Assembly: GCA_017438865.1 (NCBI GenBank)
Contig: JAFRUN010000063.1
Span: 85,949-149,948, forward strand
Direction of reading: 5' to 3'
Source: Clostridia bacterium
GTDB taxonomy: Bacteria; Bacillota; Clostridia; Christensenellales; CAG-138
Length of the DNA stretch: 64,000 nucleotides
Shown here piece after piece: positions 1-8,254 of the stretch. The first letter of the stretch is position 1, and each line of letters begins with the position of its first letter. A program made the translations under genes and the position numbers. Below the pieces are notes generated by a model. It had not been told where the DNA came from and did no database searches. It saw nothing but the letters and a program-made list of their open reading frames with translations.

Positions 1-2186
1 GCGTACAATCTGTGATCTTCCGGAATGCGACGAACGGATACACCGTTCTGTCGCTTCTTTCCGACGACGAAAAGACGGTCACGACTTGCGTCGGCATTCT
101 TCCGCTCGTCAACGTCGGCGACACCGTCACGCTGATCGGAGAAGAGACGTACCATCCGCGCTTCGGTACGCAGTTCAAAGCGGAATCCTGTGAACGCAAA
201 GCGCCGTCGAGCAACAGCGCGATCATCAAGTATCTGGAGAGCGGCGTCGTTCGCGGCGTCGGTCCGGCAATGGCGCGGGCGATCGTGTCGACTTTCGGCA
301 TGGATACGCTTGAGGTGCTTGAAAAGGAACCGGAACGCCTCGTTGAGGTCCCGGGCATCGGTGCAAAGAAGGCGAAGATGATCACGGATTCTTTTCGCGA
401 AAAGAAACTGCTTCGCGATGTTCTTCTGAGTCTTGAACCGTACGGCGTGACCGTCGGACAGGCGTATAAGATGATGCAGACATACGGAGAACTGTGTCTT
501 GCGAAGGTGCAGGAGAATCCGTATCAGCTGATCGACGACATCGACGGGATCGGTTTTCTGACCGCCGACCGGATCGCGACGCACGTTGCGGGCTTCGAAC
601 CGGATTCGCTTGCGCGGCTGATGGCGGGGATCCGCTATTGTTTGCAGCAGGCGCGGGACGAGCACGGCGATATGTATCTGGAATACGCCGTTCTGCTCGA
701 GCGCGCGGCCGGACTGCTCGGCACGACGGCGGAACGGATCGAAGAAACGGTCGACTGGATGGTGACGGGCAGCGATCTCGTTCAATGCGAGGTCAACGGC
801 GTCAACGCCGTCTATCTCCCCTACCTGCACAAATATGAGGATTATATCGCAAAAAAACTGCTGCAGCTGAACGTTCCCCCGATGTATGAGATCTGGGATC
901 TGAACCGCTGGCAGAAGCAGGTTCATATGGAACTGTCCGAGGAACAGCAGAAGGCGGTCCTTCTGGCGCTGACGAACGGCGTATCCATCATCACGGGCGG
1001 TCCCGGAACCGGGAAAACGACCATCATTCGCTGCATCATCGACGCCATGCAGGAATGCGGCTATGCGGTCGAGCTTGCGGCGCCGACCGGGCGCGCGGCA
1101 AAACGCATGACGGAGGCGACCGGAAGCGAGGCGAGAACGATCCACCGCCTGCTCGAGTTTGTGCCCGGAGAGGGGTTCCGGCGCAATCGCGACAATCCGC
1201 TGATCGCCGACATGGTGATCGTCGATGAAATGTCCATGGTCGATGCGCCGCTGATGTACGCGCTTTTACAGGCGATCCCGAAGGGAACGCGCCTTGTCCT
1301 TGTCGGCGATCGCGACCAGCTTCCGCCCGTCGGCTGCGGGAACGTCTTTTCCGACGCGCTTGCGTCCGAAGCGCTGCCGTATTTCCGGCTGACGGAGATC
1401 TTCCGGCAGGCGCAGCGGTCGAACATCGTTCGCAACGCGCATCTGATCAACAGCGGCAGAATGCCCCTTCTCGTCGATCGCGATTCCGATTTTCTGTTCG
1501 AGGAGATCCCGAATCCGGACCGGATCTGCGCGCGCCTCGTCGAGCTGATCCGCCGCGAAGCGTCGCGTCTCGGCACAAGCGATCCGCTGATGGACATTCA
1601 GGTCCTCGTGCCGATGAAAACCGGACCGCTCGGCGTCATTGCGCTGAACCGGCTTTTGCAGGATGTCCTGAACCCGGCCGCGCCGGAAAAGACCGAGCAT
1701 GCCGTCGGGGACACGCTTTTGCGCGAAGGCGACAAGATCATGCAGATTCGCAACAATTATAAAGTCGGGTGGCGGAAAACGCTTCGCTTCGGACAGTTTG
1801 AGGAAGGGACCGGCGTATTCAACGGCGATCTCGGAACGATCCTGCGCCTCGATCCGCGTGAAAAGATCGCCGTGATCGCGTTCGACGACGGGCGCGTCGC
1901 CGAATACGCGTTTGCGCAGCTTGAGGAGATCGACCTTGCCTACTGTATCACGATCCACAAGAGCCAGGGCTCCGAGTTTCAGACGGTGCTGCTCCCCCTT
2001 GCCGGCGGTCCCGTGCCGCTGCTGACAAGGAACCTGCTCTATACGGCTGTGACAAGGGCAAAGCGGATGGTGTACGGCATCGGCAGAAGCGAAACGATTG
2101 CCCGAATGGTCAGGAACGCGTACCGGAGCGTTCGGAACACCGGATTGAAGGAACGGTTGACGGCATATGCGGAGATCGGATCGTAA
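1..2186 (+). CDS. recD2: RecD2-like SF1B ATP-dependent DNA helicase (5' end runs off the window)
   Basis: ORF 12..2186 stays open back to base 3. HhH VPGIGAKKA, Walker A GGPGTGKTT, Walker B VIVDEMSMVD, VLVGDRDQLPPVG, C-terminal ITIHKSQGSEF. Confidence 0.9.
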   Translation, partial: VQSVIFRNATNGYTVLSLLSDDEKTVTTCVGILPLVNVGDTVTLIGEETYHPRFGTQFKAESCERKAPSSNSAIIKYLESGVVRGVGPAMARAIVSTFGMDTLEVLEKEPERLVEVPGIGAKKAKMITDSFREKKLLRDVLLSLEPYGVTVGQAYKMMQTYGELCLAKVQENPYQLIDDIDGIGFLTADRIATHVAGFEPDSLARLMAGIRYCLQQARDEHGDMYLEYAVLLERAAGLLGTTAERIEETVDWMVTGSDLVQCEVNGVNAVYLPYLHKYEDYIAKKLLQLNVPPMYEIWDLNRWQKQVHMELSEEQQKAVLLALTNGVSIITGGPGTGKTTIIRCIIDAMQECGYAVELAAPTGRAAKRMTEATGSEARTIHRLLEFVPGEGFRRNRDNPLIADMVIVDEMSMVDAPLMYALLQAIPKGTRLVLVGDRDQLPPVGCGNVFSDALASEALPYFRLTEIFRQAQRSNIVRNAHLINSGRMPLLVDRDSDFLFEEIPNPDRICARLVELIRREASRLGTSDPLMDIQVLVPMKTGPLGVIALNRLLQDVLNPAAPEKTEHAVGDTLLREGDKIMQIRNNYKVGWRKTLRFGQFEEGTGVFNGDLGTILRLDPREKIAVIAFDDGRVAEYAFAQLEEIDLAYCITIHKSQGSEFQTVLLPLAGGPVPLLTRNLLYTAVTRAKRMVYGIGRSETIARMVRNAYRSVRNTGLKERLTAYAEIGS

Positions 2187-2826
2187 ACAACAGGATATCG
2201 CATTTCTGACCGACGCGCTTCTGCCCGGTCCGTATCAATGCTTTCTTTGCGATGAGGAGGATTTGATCGGCGAAGACGGACTGTGCGACGCCTGCCGCGC
2301 GAAGCTGAAATACTGTCCGAACCCGGCGTATCTTGCGCCGCTTGACGGACTGAGCGTCGGATTGCAGTACAGCGAGGAAATTTCCGCCGCGATCATCCGG
2401 TTCAAGAAGCACGAACAGCGCGAATACGCCCGCTTCTTTACGCAGTTCCTGTCCGTGCCGGAAGAATGGCAGGCGGACATTCTGGTTCCCGTCCCCATGC
2501 ATCCTTTCCGGAAATGGATCAGAGGATACAATCACACGGAGCTGCTCGCCGCGTATCTTTCAAATGCGGCGAAGATCCCGTACTCGACAAAGCTGCTGTG
2601 CAAGACAAAGCTCGGCTTCGAACAGAAAAAGATTCCGGATCCCGCCGAACGCCGCAGGAATATGCGCGGATCGTTTTCCGCCGATCCGCTCGTCAAAGGG
2701 CTGCGTATCGTTCTGGTGGACGACGTCTTTACGACCGGCGCGACGGCTTACGAATGCGCGAAGACGCTGAAACAGGCGGGCGCGGCGAAGGTCTATCTGT
2801 CCGCCGTCACGTCTCCGGCGCACTGA
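2167..2826 (+). CDS. comFC: ComF family protein (ComFC-type phosphoribosyltransferase-fold)
   Basis: N-terminal Cys4 (CFLCDEE...CDAC) and C-terminal PRTase motif IVLVDDVFTTGAT. Overlaps the recD2 end, the usual recD2-comF context. Confidence 0.85.
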   Translation: MRRSDRKQQDIAFLTDALLPGPYQCFLCDEEDLIGEDGLCDACRAKLKYCPNPAYLAPLDGLSVGLQYSEEISAAIIRFKKHEQREYARFFTQFLSVPEEWQADILVPVPMHPFRKWIRGYNHTELLAAYLSNAAKIPYSTKLLCKTKLGFEQKKIPDPAERRRNMRGSFSADPLVKGLRIVLVDDVFTTGATAYECAKTLKQAGAAKVYLSAVTSPAH

Positions 2827-3071
2827 CGCAGGACCGCATACTTGTCGCGCGTTGCCTTTCCGCCGCGGATATGCCGTTCCGCCTTGTTTACGTTCAGGAC
2901 GCTGCGGACCATTCCGTACAGCCCGGGATTGATCGTTTTCAGCCGTTCCGTTACGTCTTTGTGGACGGTGCTTTTTCCGATGCAGAGCGCTTTTGCGGCT
3001 TCCCGCACGGTCGCCTTGTGCTCTACGATATACGACGCTTCCTCGCAGATGCGAATTTCATACCAGTTCAA
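2793..3071 (-). CDS. spoIIID: Sporulation transcriptional regulator SpoIIID
   Basis: 92 aa. HTH IGKSTVHKDVTERL and C-terminal RHIRGGKAT resemble B. subtilis SpoIIID. TTG start with a GGGGG RBS upstream. Confidence 0.85.
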   Translation of the reverse strand: MNWYEIRICEEASYIVEHKATVREAAKALCIGKSTVHKDVTERLKTINPGLYGMVRSVLNVNKAERHIRGGKATRDKYAVLRQCAGDVTADR

Positions 3072-3126
3072 TGAAATACCCCCATATGCTTGTTGTTAAA
3101 GCATATGAGGGTATGTTGCTTCTATG

Positions 3127-3927
3127 TCAGAAAGATTCGATGTTGATGGACTTGATCGGTCCGTTCGGCAGATCCTTGAGATGTTCCGCGTCGAAGCGCT
3201 TGAATCCGGTTTCGCGGTCGCTGAAGCAGTATTCCACGAAATTGTCCGAAATGTTGTGCGGAAGCGTCAGCGTCCTTCCGACGACCTCCGAAAGCGCAAC
3301 GCCGATGTCGATCAACCGGACGTCCGGCAGCGTTTCATGAATGACGTCGGACAGGAACGGATAATGCGTACAGCCGAGGATCAGCGTGTCGATGTCCGTG
3401 TTGCGGATCGGGGACAGGTATCGTTCCACCGTCATCTTCGTGATCGGATCGTCCTCGCGGAATCCGTTTTCGATCAGCGGAACGAACAGCGGACAGCCGA
3501 TGCCGGAAACGGTCATATCGGGATACTGACGGTTGATATAATCCGAATATGCGTGGCTGTGTACGGTCGCCTGCGTGCCGATGACGCAGATGTGCTTGCT
3601 TTTTGTGACTTTCGCCGCGGCGTCGCAGGCGGGCTCGATGACGCCGATGATCGGGATCGAAAACTCCTTTCGCAGCTCTTCCAGCGCGATCGCGCTGACC
3701 GTGCCGCAGGCAACGACGATCGCCTCTACGCCTTTGGAAAGCAGGAACCTGACGTCCTGCTCCGCGTACCGGATGATCGTTTCGGGCGTGCGCGAACCGT
3801 AGGGAACGCGCGCCGTGTCGCCGAAATACACGACGGACAACCCCTTGTTTGCGGCGCAGATCGCGTTCAGGACGGTCAGACCGCCGAGACCGCTGTCAAA
3901 TACGCCGATTCTGCTGAATGTGGACAT
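3127..3927 (-). CDS. murI: Glutamate racemase
   Basis: GVFDSGLGGLTV, VVACGT and LGCTHYP motifs. ATG at 3927 with RBS GAGAGG preferred over the TTG at 3939. Confidence 0.92.
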   Translation of the reverse strand: MSTFSRIGVFDSGLGGLTVLNAICAANKGLSVVYFGDTARVPYGSRTPETIIRYAEQDVRFLLSKGVEAIVVACGTVSAIALEELRKEFSIPIIGVIEPACDAAAKVTKSKHICVIGTQATVHSHAYSDYINRQYPDMTVSGIGCPLFVPLIENGFREDDPITKMTVERYLSPIRNTDIDTLILGCTHYPFLSDVIHETLPDVRLIDIGVALSEVVGRTLTLPHNISDNFVEYCFSDRETGFKRFDAEHLKDLPNGPIKSINIESF

Positions 3928-3953
3928 GGGACCTCTCAAAAACCTTTTTTCTT

Positions 3954-3982
3954 ATTCTACCACGGTTTTCCGTTTCTTGCAA
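3954..3982 (-). promoter_or_regulatory. Sigma-A-like promoter for murI
   Basis: On the minus strand, TTGCAA (3982-3977), 17 nt spacer, TAGAAT (3959-3954), about 27 nt upstream of the murI ATG. Confidence 0.55.
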
Positions 3983-4036
3983 TATTTCATCGTATGCATA
4001 AAAAGGGAGAAGCGATCCCGCCTATCCCCTTTCCGC

Positions 4037-4273
4037 TTATTCGTTTTTCATCAGCTCCGTATATCCTGCTTCGGAAACCGCATACACGGCTTCGACGTCG
4101 CGGTCCATATCGTTCAGATGCGGATCGTCGGCGGAATACATCACGCACGTCCCGCAGCTCGACGACAGCGCGCGCGGAACCGGTCCGAGCTTCGACAAAA
4201 CGCCTTTCTTCTGCAGCGCGCGATTTGTCAGCAGCGCCGACGCATGCGTGTAAAACGTAGCAATGAAGTTCAT
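4037..4273 (-). CDS. DUF3343-like small protein (putative Se/S carrier)
   Basis: 78 aa. ATGA overlap with the upstream tusA-like gene. Size, CxxC-like SSSCGTC and context match the DUF3343 family as I recall it. Confidence 0.6.
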   Translation of the reverse strand: MNFIATFYTHASALLTNRALQKKGVLSKLGPVPRALSSSCGTCVMYSADDPHLNDMDRDVEAVYAVSEAGYTELMKNE

Positions 4274-4473
4274 TTCGATAACGTCATGCGGTACTCGCCG
4301 TCAGCTTCTTCGACCTTGACGGAATAGCGCTGCGACGCGGCGAACCGCGTGATATTGCCGACCGCGGTCATGTTGTCGACAAGGACTTCGATCGTATCCG
4401 GCTGATTTTTCTTGACTTCGCGCTGCACCGCCAGAACGGGCATCGGGCAGCTCAATCCTCTTGCATCGATCAT
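4270..4473 (-). CDS. TusA/SirA-like sulfurtransferase-fold protein
   Basis: 67 aa with the canonical N-terminal [11 protein letters not shown] motif. RBS AAGGAGGG upstream. Confidence 0.85.
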   Translation of the reverse strand: MIDARGLSCPMPVLAVQREVKKNQPDTIEVLVDNMTAVGNITRFAASQRYSVKVEEADGEYRMTLSK

Positions 4474-4475
4474 GG

Positions 4476-5558
4476 TTACACCCTCCTTTTTGTGTTGAAA
4501 ACAGACAGTGCCGCAAGGATCACGAACCCTGCGATCAGAACCCAGAGCACCGGACCGGCGCCGATCCCCTTCGCGCTGGAAGCAAGGCCGAAGTTGTGCG
4601 AAACGGCCGCGCCTGCGATGAAGCCGAAGACCGTGACCGCGGAATCGCTGTTGCCTTCGCCCGCGAGGATAAGCTGACGCAGCGGACAGCCGCCGAGCAG
4701 AACGCTGCCCCAGCCGACGAGCGCCATGCCGAGGAAGTTGAAGATGCCGTCCGTGTGCGCGATCGGCTGATCGGCGAGACCGAACTTGAAATTGTGCGTG
4801 ATCAGGTTGCCGACGAGAACGGCAACAATGATCGCCAGGAATCCGTAGATGAGATGGAAGTCTTTGAACAGCACGACATCACGAACGCCGCCCGCCATGC
4901 AAAGGCGCGAGCGCTGGCAAAGCGCGCCGACGACGATCGCGATCAGCAGAGCCGCGATCCACGGCGCATGCTGACTGCCGGGACCTTGTTCGCTTCTGGA
5001 AAACAGCTCCGGAAGCAGGGAGAGCACGAACAGAACGGCAAGGAGAATCGGGAACACGAGCCCTTCCGCTTTGTTCTGTTTATACGCTCGGTTCAGCGTA
5101 AAGCCGAAACGGAGCGGGAACGTGCCGATCACGATGCCGGCGATAAAGCCGAGAAGACCGATCAGCGCGTTCACGTCGCCGCCGCCGATGCGGATGACCA
5201 TGCGAAGCGGACAGCCCAGGAAGACCAAAGCGCCGATCATGACGAGCATACCGAGCACAAACCGCGTGATCGGCGAGGATCCGCCCTGCGGCTTCCATTC
5301 TTTCCTGATCATCGACATGATCATTGCGCCGAGAACAAGACCGACGATCTCCGGGCGGAAATACTGTACGACTTCGGCGCTGTGAAATTTCAGCGATCCC
5401 GCAATGTCACGCTCAAAGCAAGCGATGCAGAATCCCATGTTCTTCGGATTGCCGAGCGCGGTCAGAACGACGGCTGCCGCACCGACGATCAGACCGGTAA
5501 GAATCACGAGCCAGTTTCTTTTGACAAAGCCCGCAAATCCACTCTGTTGTTTTTCCAT
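4476..5558 (-). CDS. yedE: YedE/YeeE (FdhT) family membrane protein, putative selenium/sulfur-compound transporter
   Basis: 360 aa polytopic protein. Conserved [10 protein letters not shown] and GGCPLRQ/GCPLRM half-repeats typical of YedE/YeeE. RBS GGAGGA upstream. Confidence 0.8.
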   Translation of the reverse strand: MEKQQSGFAGFVKRNWLVILTGLIVGAAAVVLTALGNPKNMGFCIACFERDIAGSLKFHSAEVVQYFRPEIVGLVLGAMIMSMIRKEWKPQGGSSPITRFVLGMLVMIGALVFLGCPLRMVIRIGGGDVNALIGLLGFIAGIVIGTFPLRFGFTLNRAYKQNKAEGLVFPILLAVLFVLSLLPELFSRSEQGPGSQHAPWIAALLIAIVVGALCQRSRLCMAGGVRDVVLFKDFHLIYGFLAIIVAVLVGNLITHNFKFGLADQPIAHTDGIFNFLGMALVGWGSVLLGGCPLRQLILAGEGNSDSAVTVFGFIAGAAVSHNFGLASSAKGIGAGPVLWVLIAGFVILAALSVFNTKRRV

Positions 5559-5576
5559 GCTTTATCCTCCTTATTT

Positions 5577-5600
5577 CGTTATTCGCTTGCACGAATAACG
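5577..5600. promoter_or_regulatory. Operator-like palindrome 1 (CGTTAT-N12-ATAACG)
   Basis: CGTTATTCG CTTGCA CGAATAACG is a perfect 9+9 inverted repeat. Its centre holds the -35 TTGCAC of the rightward csd promoter. Confidence 0.6.
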
Positions 5601-5615
5601 ATCTGCTGGTATAAT
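5587..5615 (+). promoter_or_regulatory. Sigma-A-like promoter for the cysteine desulfurase gene
   Basis: TTGCAC (5587-5592), 17 nt spacer, TGgTATAAT (extended -10, TATAAT 5610-5615). Confidence 0.6.
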
Positions 5616-5639
5616 AACATATATAAGCGTTATTTGCAA
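5611..5639 (-). promoter_or_regulatory. Sigma-A-like promoter for yedE-tusA-DUF3343
   Basis: On the minus strand, TTGCAA (5639-5634), 17 nt spacer, TATTAT (5616-5611). The -10 overlaps the -10 of the rightward promoter. Confidence 0.55.
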
Positions 5640-5651
5640 GCGAGGATAACG
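5628..5651. promoter_or_regulatory. Operator-like palindrome 2 (CGTTAT-N12-ATAACG)
   Basis: CGTTAT TTGCAAGCGAGG ATAACG has the same 6-12-6 architecture as 5577-5600. Its centre holds the -35 of the leftward promoter, and its right arm overlaps the csd RBS GAGGA. Confidence 0.6.
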
Positions 5652-5657
5652 AAATTG

Positions 5658-6782
5658 ATGAAAACGATTTATTTGGACAATGCGGCGACAGGTTTTCCGA
5701 AGGCGGCGGGCGTTTCCGATGCGATCAAGCGCTTTCTGGACGAGACCTGCGCCAACATCGGACGCGGCAGTTATTTGCGCGCGCAGGAAGCGGGGCTTGC
5801 GGTGATCGAAACGCGCGAGCGCATCGCCGGGCTGTTCGGCTGTCCGGACGCGAAATACGTTGTTTTTACGGGAGGCATGACCGCTTCGCTGAACACCGTG
5901 ATAAAAGGACTTGTGAAAAAAGGCGACCGAGTTCTCGTGTCGTCCTTCGAGCACAACGCCGTGATCCGTCCGCTGGTGCAGATCGGCGCGGAGATCGTCC
6001 GAATCCCTGCGACGGAGGACGGCGTTTCGGACCTTGCGAAGCTGCCGGACGATCTCAGATCGTTCAAGCTGTGCGTCCATACATTCGCGTCCAACGTCAG
6101 CGGTATGCTCCAGCCGGTCGAAGCGCTTTCCGGACGGCTCAAATCCGCTTCCGTCCCCTTCTGCGTCGACGCGGCGCAGGCGGCGGGACATTTTCCGTTT
6201 TCGATGCAAAAGATCGGCGCCGACGCGCTCTGTATGCCCGCGCACAAGGGACTGCTTGCCGCGCAGGGACTCGGCGTGCTCTGCCTCGAGCCCGGATTTG
6301 CGGACCGGCTCGATCCGTTGATCTCCGGCGGGACCGGATCGATGTCGGACAGCGCGGAGATCCCGCCGTTTTATCCGGACCGGCTGGAGGCAGGAACGCT
6401 GAATCTGCCGGGCATCGTCGGACTGAAAGCCGCATTGACTTCCGCGGATTTTTCAAAACGCCGCGCGCACGAGCTTGCGTTGATGAACCGTTTCAATAGC
6501 GGCATCCGCGATATCCCCTCGATCCGCCTTCTCGGTTCGGATGACGCGAATCGCCGCGTAGGGGTATATTCGCTTGATTTTCCGCGCCGCGACAACGGCG
6601 AGGTCTCGTACCGGTTGGAAAACGAGTTCGGAATCCTGACGCGCTGCGGACTGCATTGCGCGCCGGATGCGCACCGGGCGTTCGGCACGTTTCCGAGGGG
6701 GACGGTCCGGTTCAGCTTCTCGCCCGCGACGACGCCCGGAGAAATCGACGCCGCCGTCGATGCGATCCGGAAGCTCTCCTAA
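5658..6782 (+). CDS. Class V aminotransferase-fold cysteine desulfurase / selenocysteine-lyase-like protein (EF2568-like)
   Basis: [14 protein letters not shown] start, PLP-lysine context CMPAHKGL, C-terminal active-site loop RCGLHCAP. The first 399 codons of ORF 4461..6782 are antisense to yedE and were discarded. Confidence 0.85.
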   Translation: MKTIYLDNAATGFPKAAGVSDAIKRFLDETCANIGRGSYLRAQEAGLAVIETRERIAGLFGCPDAKYVVFTGGMTASLNTVIKGLVKKGDRVLVSSFEHNAVIRPLVQIGAEIVRIPATEDGVSDLAKLPDDLRSFKLCVHTFASNVSGMLQPVEALSGRLKSASVPFCVDAAQAAGHFPFSMQKIGADALCMPAHKGLLAAQGLGVLCLEPGFADRLDPLISGGTGSMSDSAEIPPFYPDRLEAGTLNLPGIVGLKAALTSADFSKRRAHELALMNRFNSGIRDIPSIRLLGSDDANRRVGVYSLDFPRRDNGEVSYRLENEFGILTRCGLHCAPDAHRAFGTFPRGTVRFSFSPATTPGEIDAAVDAIRKLS

Positions 6783-6799
6783 AATATATAGTTTGATAA

Positions 6800-6820
6800 G
6801 CGCCGTTCACGGCGCTTTTT
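6800..6820 (+). terminator. Rho-independent terminator after csd
   Basis: GCGCCG ttca CGGCGC followed by TTTTT. Confidence 0.75.
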
Positions 6821-6822
6821 CC

Positions 6823-6851
6823 TTGCAGGAAGAATTGTTTCGTTGTATAAT
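6823..6851 (+). promoter_or_regulatory. Sigma-A-like promoter of the ornithine degradation operon
   Basis: TTGCAG (6823-6828), 17 nt spacer, TATAAT (6846-6851), about 40 nt upstream of the ord ATG. Confidence 0.65.
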
Positions 6852-6891
6852 AAATCAATATCGATTATTCGAAAATCGAAGGAGGAAAGAA

Positions 6892-7935
6892 ATGAAACAG
6901 ATTCAAGTAGCACTCTGGGGATTCGGTGCAATGGGCAGCGGCATCGCGAAGGTCCTGCTGACCAAAAAAGGCGTGGAGATCACCGGCGTTTGCGACATCC
7001 ATCCGGATCGCGTCGGCAAGAGCATTTTCGATCTTCTGGGCGTGGATCGCGGCGACCGGAACGACGTGAAGGTCATCGGCGATATCGACGCCGCGCTGAC
7101 GCCGAAACCCGACCTCTGCATCCTTGCAACCGATTCGTTCACCAGGAAAGCATACCCGAAGATCTGCCATCTGATCGAGAAGGGCGTCAACGTCATTTCC
7201 ACCGCGGAAGAGATGAGCTATCCGCGCGCGCAGAACCCGGAGCTTGCGGACAAGATGGATGCTCTTGCGAAGGGCGCGGGCGTTTCGGTTCTCGGAACGG
7301 GAATCAATCCCGGTCTGATGATGGACCTGCTTGCGATCTGTCTGTCCGGCTGCATGACGGACGTCGAGCACGTTCTCTGCAAGCGCGTCAACTCCCTCTC
7401 CCCCTTCGGTCCCGCCGTCATGGAAGAGCAGGGCGTCGGTCTCACCGTCGAGCAGTTTGAAAAGGGCTGCAAGGACGGCACGCTCGCCGGACACGTCGGT
7501 TTCGCGGAGTCCGTCGGCATGATCGGCGAAGCGCTCGGATTCGAGATCGATCGCTTTGAACAGCAGATGAAGCCGATCGTCACCTCCGTCGACCGCAAGT
7601 CCCCCTACGGCTTCGCGAAAGCGGGCGACGTCGCGGGCGTCAACATGACCGGTCAGGGCTATATCGGCGACAAGGTCATGATCGACATGATCCATCCGCA
7701 GCAGATCGAGCCGGAACTCGAAGGCACATACACCGGCGACTACATCACGCTGACCGGCACGCCGAACGTCAACATGCAGATCAAGCCGGAAGTCAACGGC
7801 GGCATCGGAACGATCGCGATGTGTGTCAATATGATCCCTCACGTTCTCAATGCAACGCCCGGTCTCAAGACGATGATCGACCTGCCCGTTCCGCACGCGA
7901 TCATGGGCGATATGCGCAACTACCTGAATAGATAA
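6892..7935 (+). CDS. ord: 2,4-diaminopentanoate dehydrogenase
   Basis: Rossmann N-terminus VALWGFGAMGSG and RBS GGAGGAAAG. Position and similarity match Ord of the Clostridium sticklandii ornithine cluster as recalled. Confidence 0.8.
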   Translation: MKQIQVALWGFGAMGSGIAKVLLTKKGVEITGVCDIHPDRVGKSIFDLLGVDRGDRNDVKVIGDIDAALTPKPDLCILATDSFTRKAYPKICHLIEKGVNVISTAEEMSYPRAQNPELADKMDALAKGAGVSVLGTGINPGLMMDLLAICLSGCMTDVEHVLCKRVNSLSPFGPAVMEEQGVGLTVEQFEKGCKDGTLAGHVGFAESVGMIGEALGFEIDRFEQQMKPIVTSVDRKSPYGFAKAGDVAGVNMTGQGYIGDKVMIDMIHPQQIEPELEGTYTGDYITLTGTPNVNMQIKPEVNGGIGTIAMCVNMIPHVLNATPGLKTMIDLPVPHAIMGDMRNYLNR

Positions 7936-7945
7936 GGAGCAGACA

Positions 7946-8254
7946 ATGGCTAAGAAAAACGACTGGGTACAGGTTCATATCGACGTTCTGAAGCCCGAAG
8001 AACGCGCAACGAACATTCCCGAAGATACGCGTCACGTCCCGCTCGAAATGTGGGTAAAGGGGCATCTTGTAAACGACGAGGCCGAGATCGGCGATACCGT
8101 TACGGTCATAACCAAGACCGGACGCAAGGTCACGGGAACCATGTGCGCCGTGAATCCTTCCTTTAAACACAATTTCGGCGATTACGTTCCGGAGCTGGAT
8201 CAGATCGAGGAAACCGTGAAGGACATTCTGTTCGGAGGTAGAAACAATGCTTGA
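7946..8254 (+). CDS. ortA: 2-amino-4-ketopentanoate thiolase alpha subunit
   Basis: 102 aa small subunit immediately upstream of and overlapping ortB. Family recognised from sequence and context. Confidence 0.8.
   Translation: MAKKNDWVQVHIDVLKPEERATNIPEDTRHVPLEMWVKGHLVNDEAEIGDTVTVITKTGRKVTGTMCAVNPSFKHNFGDYVPELDQIEETVKDILFGGRNNA

Noticed and set aside
4461-5657. The N-terminal 399 codons of ORF 4461..6782
   Set aside because: This part is antisense to yedE and highly charged. The desulfurase homology starts only at [12 protein letters not shown] (ATG 5658), which has an RBS and two promoter-like elements just upstream.
6783-6891. Cobalamin riboswitch or T-box upstream of the B12-dependent ornithine operon
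   Set aside because: After the terminator and promoter, only about 40 nt of leader remain. Apart from a 5-bp stem (CGATT/AATCG), I saw no B12-box and no extended structure.
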